Part shown: piece after piece, positions 1 through 10,037 of the stretch
Numbering within the stretch: the stretch's first letter is position 1
How the letters are laid out: each line of letters opens with the position of its first letter
Source: Nitrospirota bacterium
GTDB taxonomy: Bacteria; Nitrospirota; UBA9217
Length of the DNA: 64,000 bases
Direction of reading: 5' to 3'
Assembly (NCBI GenBank): GCA_963751455.1
Contig: CAVVUN010000003.1
Span: 256,001 to 320,000, forward strand
Made by a program: the position numbers and the translations under genes
The notes under the pieces: model-generated
Seen by the model: only the letters and a program-made list of their open reading frames with translations
The model's database searches: none
What the model was told of the DNA's origin: nothing

Positions 1-48
1 GCCTTATGGTTGGAAGAACTTGGAATGCCCATGAAGAAAGCTGCGTGA
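1..48 (+). CDS. 3' end of a gene entering the window (…ALWLEELGMPMKKAA*)
   Basis: Frame 1 is open to TGA at 46-48 and is followed immediately by a terminator hairpin. Confidence 0.4.
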   Translation, partial: ALWLEELGMPMKKAA

Positions 49-60
49 TTTAACCATCGA

Positions 61-99
61 AAAGAACCCTGAGCAATTTCTTAATGCTCAGGGTTCTTT
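61..99. terminator. Intrinsic terminator, likely bidirectional
   Basis: Perfect 15-bp inverted repeat AAAGAACCCTGAGCA / TGCTCAGGGTTCTTT. Confidence 0.75.
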
Positions 100-414
100 G
101 CTATCGTTCCTTTTTAGGCACTTCCCTTCCTGGCACATTCCTGATCTAACTTAAACCAATTATAAAGTACCCACACCAAACCCTGAAGCCCCCTTTTAAA
201 AATATCTCAGTTTCAGATTCATACTCTTGGACTTTTTACTTAAACTTCCGCTAAACTCCCCCTCAATCCCATGTTTCCAGCAGCTCCGTACCTTGCAAAT
301 AATTATTGTTGTTGCTGCACTTTTTTCGTCTCCGCACATGGCCCAAACCTTTTACTTTTTGTAACAGATTTATCAACAGGTAAATAGAGATTTCCTCATG
401 CTCGGAATTACAGT

Positions 415-443
415 TTGACAGGCCCCTGATTGCGCGCTATAAA
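415..443 (+). promoter_or_regulatory. Sigma70-type promoter
   Basis: TTGACA-17 bp-TATAAA. Confidence 0.55.
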
Positions 444-538
444 TTCCTTTAATGAATCAAGGTTAAAGGAAACCGGTAACTTACAGTTCATAGTCAGAGT
501 TCATTGGGCGCAGACTTTATACAGGAAGGGAGGTAACG

Positions 539-616
539 ATGAAGTGTTGTGAGGAGCTCATGGAAGCGATCAGGTTGGATCTTGCAGATTTCTATGGATT
601 GGAAGTTACGTGGTGA
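539..616 (+). CDS. Candidate 25-aa small protein MKCCEELMEAIRLDLADFYGLEVTW
   Basis: Strong SD (GGGAGGT) just upstream of the ATG; lies downstream of the promoter; below the ORF-track cutoff. Confidence 0.4.
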   Translation: MKCCEELMEAIRLDLADFYGLEVTW

Positions 617-857
617 ATTAGAGGTTAAGGCGGATTTTAAACTCAAGCCTCTTAGAGTCAACCATTAAGGGCAGTAACATGTTAGGGCTCTTAAATGATT
701 GACTCCTTTTTTTTGCAAGTCACATCAGCACGTCTTCAGGCGCGGTCTGAACAGAATTTCTTTTAGTGACCCGTAGTGTAGAAGTCTTCTCTGTGAAGAC
801 GAAGGGTGACCGTTGCTTTATTTGCCGCCTTCAACGTATAATATGCTTAGGTGGTGA

Positions 858-1091
858 GTGGAAGTGTTTGATGTGGAACCGGTCAACAGCACGTGTCCTT
901 ATTGCGGTGAGCCTATTGAGCTCCTCGTCGATAGCTCCGTAAGAAAGCAGAATTATATTGAAGACTGTCAAGTTTGCTGCAGACCGATTTCTGTTGCTAA
1001 TTTCATACCAGTTGATAGTGACACCCAGTATCATCTTAACTCACTGCACGCCGCGCTGTTACTATATGTTCTGCATTTTTTCACCGGATAG
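858..1091 (+). CDS. CPXCG-motif cysteine-rich small zinc-ribbon protein
   Basis: CPYCGE…[11 protein letters not shown] motifs; C-terminus overlaps the convergent gene and may be aberrant. Confidence 0.75.
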   Translation: MEVFDVEPVNSTCPYCGEPIELLVDSSVRKQNYIEDCQVCCRPISVANFIPVDSDTQYHLNSLHAALLLYVLHFFTG

Positions 1092-1895
1092 CACCACGTA
1101 GCTGAAATAATCGATATTCCCCGAAAAATGGGACCATATTTCCGACATCCTCGTAATGTTTGCTCTGCACGAAAGTACTTTCCGTGCAATCTGCAGGCTG
1201 TTTATCAAACCCTCGTCGCGCAGAAAACCGCGAATGCTGAGCAGGCCGAAGGGATGCTCCTCACCCTTCACACGAATGAAACCCGCCTGGCGCAGCTTCT
1301 CGATCCATTCCTGATTTGAATGGAAGTTGAGTGTCTTGCAGCCGCAGATAGCATTCGTTTTTTCCCGCACGTCAGCGGGCGGATTTTTCGTCCAGCAGAA
1401 CTCGAGCCCGCTGAATACCCCTCCGCTTTTCAGCACCCTGCTGACTTCAGCCAAAGCCCTCTCCTGGTCTACAAACATCATTACAGCCTGGCAGATAACG
1501 GCATGAAACATTCCATCATTGAAATTTAAATTGTGGACATCGCCGACCAGGCTCTCCACTCTGCCCGAAAGGCCTTCCTGTGCTATTTGCTTCCTTGCCT
1601 CTTCAACGGACCGTTCTGAAATGTCAATGCTCGTTATCCGGCATTGGTATTTTTTCGCAATATGGCAGGCCGCATGTCCGCTTCCGCCGCCTATTTCAAG
1701 CACGCGATCGCCGGGTGCGAGTTTGAGTCTGTCCAGGATCTGGTCCCTGCCCTGGACACCCCCCGGATTTATAACACGCTTACCCAGGTACGCCATAAAA
1801 TCATATGTATTTAAATGAATGATGTCGCGATGCGAAAGGTTGTTCCAATCGATTGTTCTGCAGATTCCTGAAGATGGGACATGATCGTTCGCCAC
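1062..1895 (-). CDS. Class I SAM-dependent methyltransferase
   Basis: VLEIGGGSG motif I, GDVHNL, RVLKSGG. Confidence 0.9.
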   Translation of the reverse strand: MANDHVPSSGICRTIDWNNLSHRDIIHLNTYDFMAYLGKRVINPGGVQGRDQILDRLKLAPGDRVLEIGGGSGHAACHIAKKYQCRITSIDISERSVEEARKQIAQEGLSGRVESLVGDVHNLNFNDGMFHAVICQAVMMFVDQERALAEVSRVLKSGGVFSGLEFCWTKNPPADVREKTNAICGCKTLNFHSNQEWIEKLRQAGFIRVKGEEHPFGLLSIRGFLRDEGLINSLQIARKVLSCRANITRMSEIWSHFSGNIDYFSYVVLSGEKMQNI

Positions 1896-2094
1896 TGTTT
1901 TTCTCCTTTGAAGGAAAAGATCTGCGTATTTGATTCCTGTGTATTTAAAGTATAATCAGATTTTTGTTGCTGTCAATTTTCTAAGCCTTTTCGCCTTATC
2001 GATTTTGTGCGTGTCCGAAACATTTGAAATATTCTGCTTGAACCGGAAAAATGTCTCATCCTTAATTCGTAGTTTAATGAAGGGATCATCTCAG

Positions 2095-2112
2095 CATCTT
2101 AGGGGTTCACCT
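2095..2112 (+). repeat. Left-half (X) copy of the GGTCACC dyad repeat
   Basis: CATCTTAGGGGTTCACCT resembles the copies at 9118, 14551, 19071, 20691 and 20818. Confidence 0.5.
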
Positions 2113-2183
2113 TCTTGTGGCTTGACATGAACGCGACATATCAGGGTCAGGTTGTTCCGGGCTTTTGAAGAATTCTTTTGAGT

Positions 2184-2279
2184 GGTTCGACAGGACTTCG
2201 ACGAGCTCAGTCGAGTCGCTCACCACGAACGGATGAAAGTAAATAATTCCAACGATCCTTCCGTTCACCCGTCGAAGGG
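2184..2279. repeat. REP-like intergenic palindromic element (TTCGACxxGCTCAG…ACGAACGG…CCGTTC…GTCGAAGGG type)
   Basis: Nested inverted repeats; related fragment CCCTTCAACAAGCTCAGG near 14687. Confidence 0.5.
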
Positions 2280-2362
2280 TTTCATTTTGACATTTCCCTT
2301 TTTCTCTGCTACTGTCTTGCCAAAATGTCCTGATGCTGACGATGGATTGCAAGGAGGGTACA

Positions 2363-2803
2363 ATGCGCAACGTATATACCGCCGGGTTGTTCGTGATCTT
2401 GTTGATCGTGTCCGTGGTCGCTTACGCGGCAACGGCAACACCGACGTCCTGTTCTGTCTGCGGTGCGAAAATCACCGAGGCTGACATGCGGTTTTCTCTA
2501 TATATTACTGAAGGCATGGAGGCCCATGCCTTTGACGATATCGGCTGCGCAGTGATCTTTTACGCTGATTTATGTGCCTCGCGTTCAATGGCTTTCGATA
2601 ATTTTGCCATGGTTCGCGACTATGGATCCGGTGAAGATGTTCCCGTGGACAAGGCCTTTTATGTACGCGGTGCGAACATTAAAACGCCGAGAGGATACGG
2701 CATCGTCGCATTTAAGACCATGGAAGCAGCGAAATCGTTCGCATCGGGGCAGGGGGCAACTCTGCTGAAGTATTCGGAGTTTTCATCTTTGAAATTGAAA
2801 TAA
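2363..2803 (+). CDS. NosL-family secreted metal (Cu) chaperone-like protein
   Basis: Signal peptide, CSVCG, FDDIGC, TPRGYGIVAF motifs; SD AAGGAGG. Confidence 0.8.
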   Translation: MRNVYTAGLFVILLIVSVVAYAATATPTSCSVCGAKITEADMRFSLYITEGMEAHAFDDIGCAVIFYADLCASRSMAFDNFAMVRDYGSGEDVPVDKAFYVRGANIKTPRGYGIVAFKTMEAAKSFASGQGATLLKYSEFSSLKLK

Positions 2804-2808
2804 CGAAA

Positions 2809-2892
2809 AGGGTCACCTCAACGTGATACAGTTTATGGTTTTTAGTTCTTAGTTTCTTGTTCAAATCCGAAAACTCTCCTGCCGAGCCTTTC
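2809..2892 (+). repeat. Right-half + heptamer tract (Y) repeat, copy 1
   Basis: GGTCACCTCAACGTGATACAGTTTATGGTTTTTAGTTCTTAGTTTCTTGTTCAAATCCGAAAACTCTCC…GAGCCTTTC. Confidence 0.75.
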
Positions 2893-3080
2893 TTACTTTC
2901 CCGCCATTTCTGTTCTTGACTTCACGCACAGCTTCCTTATTATAGTTGAGCATTATAATCCGGAGTAAATAGGGACAGGGTCCGGGTGCAGGGTCCAGGG
3001 TCCGGGGACCGGGGTCGAAAGGTGTTATGACTTACAATGATATATTGCGAAGGTTCCGCTATGCTTTGAATATCAATGAT

Positions 3081-4704
3081 CCTAAAAACGGCAGTTGAGT
3101 CTATTTTCACATTGGCTGAGGCAGCAAAGCTGGCGTCGAGAGGGGTTTCCCCTTCAGGATTTTGTTGAATGCACGGCTTAAGATCAACCTCCAACGTTCC
3201 GCCTGCGTCAACTGCTCCGCAGTTTCCCGGAGTCTTCTCAGAAACAGGGCGATCTCATTGAGCGTGCCCTGTATTTTCTCCGTCTTTGCGTGAGCGCTTG
3301 TAATGGTCACGGTAGTCTGGCTCTGGTGATATGTTTGTTTGGCGACCGCATGAAGAAGCAACGGCCGGCTCGTAACAGCCTCCAGATGCTTGTCCGGTCG
3401 GGCGAGCCGCACAAAGAGGGACCACCAGTTGTAGATCAACGCCACGATCCGGGCCATATAGCCACAGCGTTTCAGATCTTTGGTCGTATAGCCTCCCCAC
3501 CCCCACTGATTTTTCAGTTCATCGAAATTGTTCTCAGCATCGGCCCGATCCCGGTAGTGCTGCGCGATGGTAAGGACTTCGCCCGGAATGGTTGTGGCCA
3601 GCACTGCGTATTCATACCGCTTTGCGGTTCCATTCGTCTCGACGAAACCAAGCTCCATCTGATCCTTGTCTTTCTCACTGATGACGACATCGCCCTTGAG
3701 CGCCCGTCGAAGTACGATGACGCGCCGCTTTATCTTCCACCCCATAAGCTGAAGTTCTTCTTCCACACCTTCCCATCCCTGACCGGCTTGCTGCCAACCA
3801 TTCCGCTGAAATGTCTTTTCGATGAGCTTCCGCACGTTTTTGGTGAGGCGGAGCTTGACCAGATAGGGCAGGCCTTTTGTTTCCGCCTGGGACATGAAGA
3901 CGTCATTTCCCCAGCCTGAATCGCCCCGAAAAAACGCGGGCCAGTGACGTTTTGGAATGGAGCCCAGCAACTCCCACAAGCCCGGCGTGCTATAGCAGGT
4001 TGCGGTTTTGTTGCCCGCCTGTACCTCGACATCCAGCACGAGCCGGGTGTTGGCCATCAGATAGCTGTGGTAGGTATGAGACGGCCTGCCAGGCTTGTGA
4101 GGATTATAGCCGACCACTGCGCCTTCCTGTTTCCCGTACAGCGGTTTTACCGTGGTGTCGCCATCCATGATCCAGGACACAGAAAGCAGCGCGTCATAAC
4201 AACGCCTGACATGTTCCTTGAGCCAATGCACCCCCTGAGTTTCATCTATCTGGCGCAGGGCTTTTCGCACCGAGTCCTCACTCACGACGGCGGTCATGCC
4301 GAGCAGGCCGGGATTGACGTTGTCGCACCGAACGTTCGTAATATGCGAGTAGCGATGGTGGCCGGCCAGAACAGACAATAACACCGTGCCCAGCACATCT
4401 CGCTTTTCCGGTGCATTGGGGCTTGTGTAGTGAAGCGGACAATCAGCAACCCAGGGATCGTAGAGACCGCCGGTCTTCAGAAAATCGATGAAAAATGCCA
4501 TCTGTCCCAGTGGCGTAACGGCTGCAGTCGGATCCCATTCTACGTGGATACGACCGCTGAACGTATCGACCGCAACTCCCTCTGGTTTCCGTGCAGACAA
4601 CGATCTATTTGGTTCACCCATTGGGCGAGTCCTCCTCTTCGGGTTAATTGCTGCAATATCCATCAATTAACTTCGTTTGACAAGGACCAACTGCTCTTTT
4701 AAGG
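3081..4704 (-). mobile_element. Complete IS1380-family insertion sequence (1624 bp)
   Basis: IRs CCTAAAAACGGCAGTTG / CCTTAAAAGAGCAGTTG (14/17); 5-bp TSD ATGAT at 3076-3080 and 4705-4709. Confidence 0.9.
3107..4621 (-). CDS. DDE transposase (IS1380-like)
   Basis: MDGDTT, FRGDSG and YRDRADAENNFDELK motifs; probable start MGEP after SD AGGAGG. Confidence 0.9.
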   Translation of the reverse strand: MGEPNRSLSARKPEGVAVDTFSGRIHVEWDPTAAVTPLGQMAFFIDFLKTGGLYDPWVADCPLHYTSPNAPEKRDVLGTVLLSVLAGHHRYSHITNVRCDNVNPGLLGMTAVVSEDSVRKALRQIDETQGVHWLKEHVRRCYDALLSVSWIMDGDTTVKPLYGKQEGAVVGYNPHKPGRPSHTYHSYLMANTRLVLDVEVQAGNKTATCYSTPGLWELLGSIPKRHWPAFFRGDSGWGNDVFMSQAETKGLPYLVKLRLTKNVRKLIEKTFQRNGWQQAGQGWEGVEEELQLMGWKIKRRVIVLRRALKGDVVISEKDKDQMELGFVETNGTAKRYEYAVLATTIPGEVLTIAQHYRDRADAENNFDELKNQWGWGGYTTKDLKRCGYMARIVALIYNWWSLFVRLARPDKHLEAVTSRPLLLHAVAKQTYHQSQTTVTITSAHAKTEKIQGTLNEIALFLRRLRETAEQLTQAERWRLILSRAFNKILKGKPLSTPALLPQPM

Positions 4705-5125
4705 ATGATCGAAGCATGCTCGATATTTTCCGGCTTGGTGAGCATCCGATGGATCTAGCCGGCCTGAAAGACCTGCTGAAAAAAGAGGGCGAGCAAGGCT
4801 ATGTTGTGTGCAGCAGTAAGGTCCTGGGTTCTTTTTTGGACGGGTTCATTATTTACAAACGGGGCAGGCAGGAACCGAAGGCAGGGGAGATCAAACGCCC
4901 TGATCCTGAGTTGACGAACAATGTTATTTTGAGGAAAATTCGGATCGCCCTTGAATTAAAAGAGGACGATATGCTCGGCATATTGAAGCTTGCGAAGGTT
5001 ACTATCTCGAAATCCGAATTAAGCGCTTTTTTCAGGGCTACGGAACATAAAAATTTCAAGTCATGCGGGGACCAGATTTTGAGGAACTTTTTAACCGGGC
5101 TTGCTCTTCGGTATCGGCCTGGGGA

Positions 5126-5166
5126 CGGTTTTTAGTTTCGAGTTATTAGTTTTTAGTAATTATCCG
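5126..5166 (+). repeat. Y repeat copy 2 (heptamer tract only)
   Basis: CGGTTTTTAGTTTCGAGTTATTAGTTTTTAGTAATTATCCG; overlaps the yehS stop codon. Confidence 0.6.
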
Positions 5167-5252
5167 CACCTGAACACTCAGCACGTCGGCCAGTTCTCTA
5201 CTCTACCTCCTGGTTCTTCTCGTGGTTCCTCCTGGTTCCTGTGGTTCCCGAA

Positions 5253-6431
5253 TCATGCAAGCGGCAGCGTGAAAGTTAACGTGCTTCCCTTTCCTTTTGT
5301 GCTTGCTGCCCATATTCTTCCGCCGTGGCGCTCCACGATCTGGCGCGTAATGGAGAGACCGAGTCCCGTGCCTTCGATCGCGTTGCCTGATCCCTGATGG
5401 GCGCGATGAAACTTCTCGAAGACGCGCTCAAGATCGTCCTCGGATATGCCGATGCCGCTGTCGGAAATCTCGACCACGGCATAGCGTGCGGGAGAGCCTT
5501 CCAGGCGGACAGCGACATGTATCCGGCCTGCTTCTGGCGTAAATTTTACAGCGTTGGAGAAAATATTCGTAACAACCTGTACGAGGCGGTCGTGGTCTCC
5601 CGGGACCCGGGGCAGCGCTGCGAAATCCGTCGTGACAGTAAGCTTTTTGTTCTCGAACAGCGGCGCCATGCCGGCGAGCACATCGCGAATCAGCTGTTCG
5701 ATGAAAATCTCGCTCGCCCGCCATTTCATGGACCCGGCTTCAATCCTGGCCAGATCGAGCAGGTCCGCGACAAGGCGGGCCAGGCGGTCGGTTTCCGAGT
5801 TAATCGTCTTCTTCAGCTTCAGTTTCCGCTCTTCCGTCATGCCCTGCTTCACAAGAAGCAGTTCGACGAACGCCTTGATCGTCGTAAGCGGCGTCCGCAG
5901 CTCATGCGAGACCGTGGAAATGAAGTTCGATTTCATGGTGTCGAGCGACTTGAGCTTCTCGTTCGCCTCCTGGAGCCGGCCGATCAGCTGCTCCCGCTCC
6001 TCCTCGGAGCGCTTTCTGGCGGTGATGTCGTTCACGATGCAGACGAAGGCAAGCGGCTCGCCGCTGCCGTTCCGCATTGCGGAAATGGAAAGGCTCACCG
6101 TCCGCCGTATGTTTTTTTCGGGCTGAAATTCCAGTTCGACATTCGAGCCCGAGCCGCTCAGGATCGCGGATTCGAGCTTTTGAGCAAAAGCGGGCTGGTT
6201 GACGATACTGTCCGTAAGCCGTTTGCCCACAACGTCCTCTTCCCGCCAGTCAAACAGGCCGCATGTCGCAGTGTTTACCAGGACGACAATGCCGTCATCC
6301 GGATCAAGCACAATCAGTTTCTCGTTCATGGTCTCGATAATCTGTCCGGAAGCGAACGCGGGCGTGATCGAAAGGAACCGGTAGCGCAGGATTGCGTAGC
6401 CGGCGATGAGAGTGAAGAGAAAGACCGCTAC
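5253..6431 (-). pseudogene. 5'-truncated PAS-HisKA-HATPase sensor kinase (membrane sensor region lost)
   Basis: SHELRTPL, N/G boxes; frame extends upstream of Met 6329 through AVFLFTLIAGYAILRYRFLSITP and ends at a stop with no start codon. Confidence 0.7.
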
Positions 6432-6620
6432 CTACCCTGCACGCGTCGACCGTGAGCACCAGGTCAAAGCGTGCGACTTATCTCAAGAGCGCGGATTTGG
6501 CTCGCCGGGTGATGATCGAGGAGTTTTTTGCCGGAGCACAATGAAGATAGCATAATACATTTTAAAAATAAAGATACTTATCTTTCTTATCAACAGGAAC
6601 AAAATATCCCATCACGATTC

Positions 6621-6648
6621 TTGACATTTAACCGTAGGCGATTATAAT
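6621..6648 (+). promoter_or_regulatory. Sigma70 promoter
   Basis: TTGACA-16 bp-TATAAT. Confidence 0.65.
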
Positions 6649-6728
6649 CATCGCATTGGAAAATATTTTCCTTATGGCACGCGTGTTCCATGCTATTTGC
6701 CGCAAATCCTTCTTATCGGGAGATATTC

Positions 6729-7289
6729 ATGCGATCTAAAAAAACAGTTGCAGTTGCGTTTGCAGCGGTCCTGACCGTGGCGGCATGTGCTTCAGGGCCG
6801 CCGAAGGTGATCCATGTCGACCAGATGAAGGACCCGGGTCTGGGGATGATCTACGGACAGGTACGCCTGCCCCAGCCCGACTGGCTCCTGAACCTGGTAA
6901 TGATCCAGCACGTCGGGAAGGTGTATGTCGGCAGACTGGGCGAGAAGGTCCAGGTCACGCGAGACGGACGGTTCGCCGCTTCGAATCTGAAACCGGGGAA
7001 ATATATGCTTGCCGGGTTTGCGATAGGGCAGACACGGAGCATGCTCGGGAAAGAAGCCCTCAAATACACGGTGGAAGTAAAGCCGGGCGGGGTCCATTTC
7101 ATCGGCATCTATAACTATATCGAAGGCAGAGCCGGGAATATGGTCAGGCCGGGAAGCTTCGATCTGCAGGCTGACCATCGGAAGTCATCTCATGTGGAGC
7201 TCCTGAACTGGGCGGAGGAAGCTACCCGCGAGACCAAATGGCATGGAGGTATAAAAAGAAAACTGGCCGAAATCCAGAAGGGCCAGTAG
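6729..7289 (+). CDS. Hypothetical lipoprotein
   Basis: Signal peptide with lipobox VAAC. Confidence 0.75.
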   Translation: MRSKKTVAVAFAAVLTVAACASGPPKVIHVDQMKDPGLGMIYGQVRLPQPDWLLNLVMIQHVGKVYVGRLGEKVQVTRDGRFAASNLKPGKYMLAGFAIGQTRSMLGKEALKYTVEVKPGGVHFIGIYNYIEGRAGNMVRPGSFDLQADHRKSSHVELLNWAEEATRETKWHGGIKRKLAEIQKGQ

Positions 7290-7371
7290 GCGGGGGAATA
7301 GAGAACCTCTCAGGGTAAGGTTTTTAATGTTTGACTTCCGCTGACCACTTCATCAGAGGAGCACTCTTAGT

Positions 7372-7701
7372 GTGACGAACAAGGAATTTGGAACCGATTC
7401 TTTCTGCGCCTGGGAGGGCGACACGCTGGTACTGAACATTCTCGGGAAACCCGGCTCAAACCGGGACGCGATCGGCAAGATAAAAGGCAACCAACTCAAG
7501 GTGAGTGTGACTGCGTCGCCGGTGGCGGGCAGAGCAACCGATCACATGATCCGGTTTCTTGCAGAAGAATTTGGCGTGTCGCTCAAGGATATTCAGGTTG
7601 TGTTTGGCAGATTCAATGTCAACAAGCAGCTTCGGATCAGGTCGCCGAAAAAACTGCCATCCGTGATCAGCAAACATTTATCCCAGATACGCCTGATATA
7701 G
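7372..7701 (+). CDS. DUF167/YggU family protein
   Basis: LKVSVTASPVAGRA…FLAEEFGV…IQVVFG…K motif pattern. Confidence 0.85.
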   Translation: MTNKEFGTDSFCAWEGDTLVLNILGKPGSNRDAIGKIKGNQLKVSVTASPVAGRATDHMIRFLAEEFGVSLKDIQVVFGRFNVNKQLRIRSPKKLPSVISKHLSQIRLI

Positions 7702-7977
7702 ACACAACTTCTCGCCGCCGAATTCTTTCTGCTATCTTCATCATTGTCATTTCCTCCGCTAGGAGTCTGTCGGACTTAACAAGCCGATCGAAGACAGTTT
7801 TGTTACATTTCGCTGATCCTCAGCGTTTGATTGGTCCGTCGCTGATCAAAATAGATGGTAACTTGTTTTTTCTTATCGCTATCAACTCAAGGCATGCAAC
7901 CTTTTCAGGTTCCAAGCGATGCAGACCAGGTCCCATTCGCCTTGTACAGAGGCAAATCCTGGTGCTAACGTCGATGT

Positions 7978-9114
7978 TTGATGCCAATGCAGTCAAAAAC
8001 CAAAAAAAGACTTAGCGTCGTACTCGTCGTTCTTGCCCTGCTTCTTCTCGTACCCGCAGGGTTCGCGTATCGGCTCGGCATCATTCCCCGGATAGACCGT
8101 ATCCAGACCTTTCACGCGCCGGTCTTCGGACCGGACGGCCGGGAGGTCTATTACCTGACGAGGAACGCCTGGGGCGTCTCCTGGGGTCCCGGCATAGAAT
8201 TCTTTACCCCGCCCACTGCCGTGATCGTGCTGAGCGACCGCTTTTCCCTTCAGCGGACAAGCCGCGAAACAGAAAAAACAAGGACGGTCCATACCTGGCG
8301 GGCGCAGCATGCGCTCAAGCCGAAAACGCAGTACCGCAATTATCTCTTCGGCTTCCCCGACTGCGAGCTTAAGTGGAACGGCCGCACGCTTCATTACAAG
8401 ATAGGCCTTGACTTCCTTCCCAATGACCCGTCTTACCTTTCAATCAATGAATGGACTATCGGTTCATGGAACGCGGATACCGCGAACCTTTTTGAAACAA
8501 ATACGTGGAAGTCCGGCTATCAGACGACTGACCGCTGGACCGAGCAGATCCTCTCCGGCCCCTTCGAGCTCGTGGATTATAAAAGCCAGGCGCTCATCCT
8601 GTACGATTCGGTTCTGCAGACGCGAACGCCGCTCCGTGTTTCCAGTTCCGGCACAGCGCAGCTGCGGGAGGAGATTGCGACAGCGGAGCTGAAGGATTAT
8701 ACGCATCGGGCGCAATTGGAGCGGAGCAGGGCGATCCGTGAAGCCTACGCGGAAACGGTAGCAGTTTTTCAGGCGCAGGGACCTCCCGAAGGCGAAGCAA
8801 TGCTGCGGGCCAGTGATGAGATGGAAAAGAAGGGATATTATCCCAAAACGCCCAAACTCGAAGCGAAAAAAATCGAAAGCATCCCGCAGGGCGTAAAGGT
8901 CTTCTCGATCACGAACGACGAGTTCCGGTTCGGCCTGTTTCAGGATATCGAGGAAGCAATCGCAAAACCGGGCAAAGAGGCCCGTTTTTCAGGAAAGTAC
9001 ATTACGCATCGGGATTTCGATACGAGCCGGAAACTGAACGAGTATCTTGAGGCAGGGAACAAAGCGTTTATCGTGAAGACCGACAAGGGGATGTTTCTTT
9101 TGTCCGTCCTGTAG
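7978..9114 (+). CDS. Hypothetical exported/membrane-anchored protein
   Basis: 378-aa ORF with an N-terminal hydrophobic segment. Confidence 0.75.
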   Translation: MMPMQSKTKKRLSVVLVVLALLLLVPAGFAYRLGIIPRIDRIQTFHAPVFGPDGREVYYLTRNAWGVSWGPGIEFFTPPTAVIVLSDRFSLQRTSRETEKTRTVHTWRAQHALKPKTQYRNYLFGFPDCELKWNGRTLHYKIGLDFLPNDPSYLSINEWTIGSWNADTANLFETNTWKSGYQTTDRWTEQILSGPFELVDYKSQALILYDSVLQTRTPLRVSSSGTAQLREEIATAELKDYTHRAQLERSRAIREAYAETVAVFQAQGPPEGEAMLRASDEMEKKGYYPKTPKLEAKKIESIPQGVKVFSITNDEFRFGLFQDIEEAIAKPGKEARFSGKYITHRDFDTSRKLNEYLEAGNKAFIVKTDKGMFLLSVL

Positions 9115-9117
9115 AAA

Positions 9118-9200
9118 CATCTTGAGGTCCCCTATGAAGGCTCTCCGTCAAGCATTCGATAAATCCGTTTCGAGTTTTTAGTTATGAGTTTAAATCGAAA
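9118..9200 (+). repeat. X half-site plus Y heptamer tract (copy 3)
   Basis: CATCTTGAGGTCCCCTATGAAG then GTTTCGAGTTTTTAGTTATGAGTTTAAATCGAAA. Confidence 0.65.
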
Positions 9201-9447
9201 CAACCTATGTTGAAGCAGTCCCAACCTCTCCGGAAGCCGGCCATTCTTAATGCGCGCCTGTTCGGTGCAACTTTTAGAAACTTCTAATCCCTATACCCCA
9301 TAAATACCCCGCACAGGGTATTGCCAGCAACTCACAATTTCCCTATATTGATACCAGCAAAAATTAGTTTTAACAAAATTAAATAGTCAATAGCGAAAGA
9401 GGTGCAGCATGCTTAAAAGCGGATGCTTTTGCGAGCCCGAGCAAATA

Positions 9448-9957
9448 ATGGAGAAGAATGATTGCGGACAGAAAGCAATAATTATCAGCGATGACAGGTT
9501 CCTCATGAAGCTTCTGCGATATGCTCTGAGCTCCTCCGAGATTGAAGCAAGGTGCTTCAGCAAGTGGAGCCCCCTCCGGCAGGAGCCGGAGGCTCCCTTG
9601 AACAACGCGACCTCCCGGGACTGCGCACTCGCGCTTACGCGACTCGCAAGTGCGAGTAAGCGCTTTCCACCCCCGGCGGAGCCGGGGGATGCCAAGTCGC
9701 GGGATAGAATGAACCACTGTCTTCCGACGATCGGGGAATTCGATACGATTATCGTCGATTACGACACCGATGGCCTCTCCAGTCCTGAATTTATACAAAG
9801 GCTTCGCGCGCTGTATCCCCGCGCCATAATCATAGTGGTGAGCCAATGGGACGTTGGAATAGCCAGCCTTCGCGCCGGCGCGAACGACTTTCTCCGGAAA
9901 CCGTTCGTACCCTACAGGCTCGCGATGATGATACACGGCGGGGATATTCTGTCCTGA
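9448..9957 (+). CDS. Single-domain response regulator carrying a 48-aa in-frame repeat insertion
   Basis: IISDD, IIVD, VVS and FLRKPF receiver motifs; removing 9562-9705 restores canonical spacing. Confidence 0.75.
   Translation: MEKNDCGQKAIIISDDRFLMKLLRYALSSSEIEARCFSKWSPLRQEPEAPLNNATSRDCALALTRLASASKRFPPPAEPGDAKSRDRMNHCLPTIGEFDTIIVDYDTDGLSSPEFIQRLRALYPRAIIIVVSQWDVGIASLRAGANDFLRKPFVPYRLAMMIHGGDILS
9562..9705 (+). mobile_element. Palindromic MITE/REP-like element, copy A (144 bp)
   Basis: Shares both ends (AAGTGGAGCCCCCTCCGGCAGGAGCCGGAGGCTCCC … CCACCCCCGGCGGAGCCGGGGGATGCCAAGxCGCGGGAT) with the copy at 50860-51054. Confidence 0.85.
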
Positions 9958-10037
9958 AGCGCACGCCATGTTCGATCGAAAGGCGTGGAATCCCGGAGCG
10001 CGGACAGGGGTTCCTCTTGCAATACGCGGGGTTAAAC

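Larger units (their letters stand above)
3027..5135 (+). pseudogene. yehS: DUF1456/YehS-family gene interrupted by an IS1380-family element
   Basis: 3027-3080 encodes MTYNDILRRFRYALNIND; rejoins in frame at 4710 (RSMLDIF…LTNNVILRKIRIALEL…CGDQILRNFLTGL). Confidence 0.85.

Noticed and set aside
539-616. FYG in the small peptide as a splicease substrate
   Set aside because: 48 kb from the enzyme, with no shared leader; YG is common by chance
5397-6455. 352-aa + strand ORF and similar long antisense ORFs (17375-18439, 22842-23897, 42968-43813)
   Set aside because: Shadow frames opposite genes with clear domain motifs
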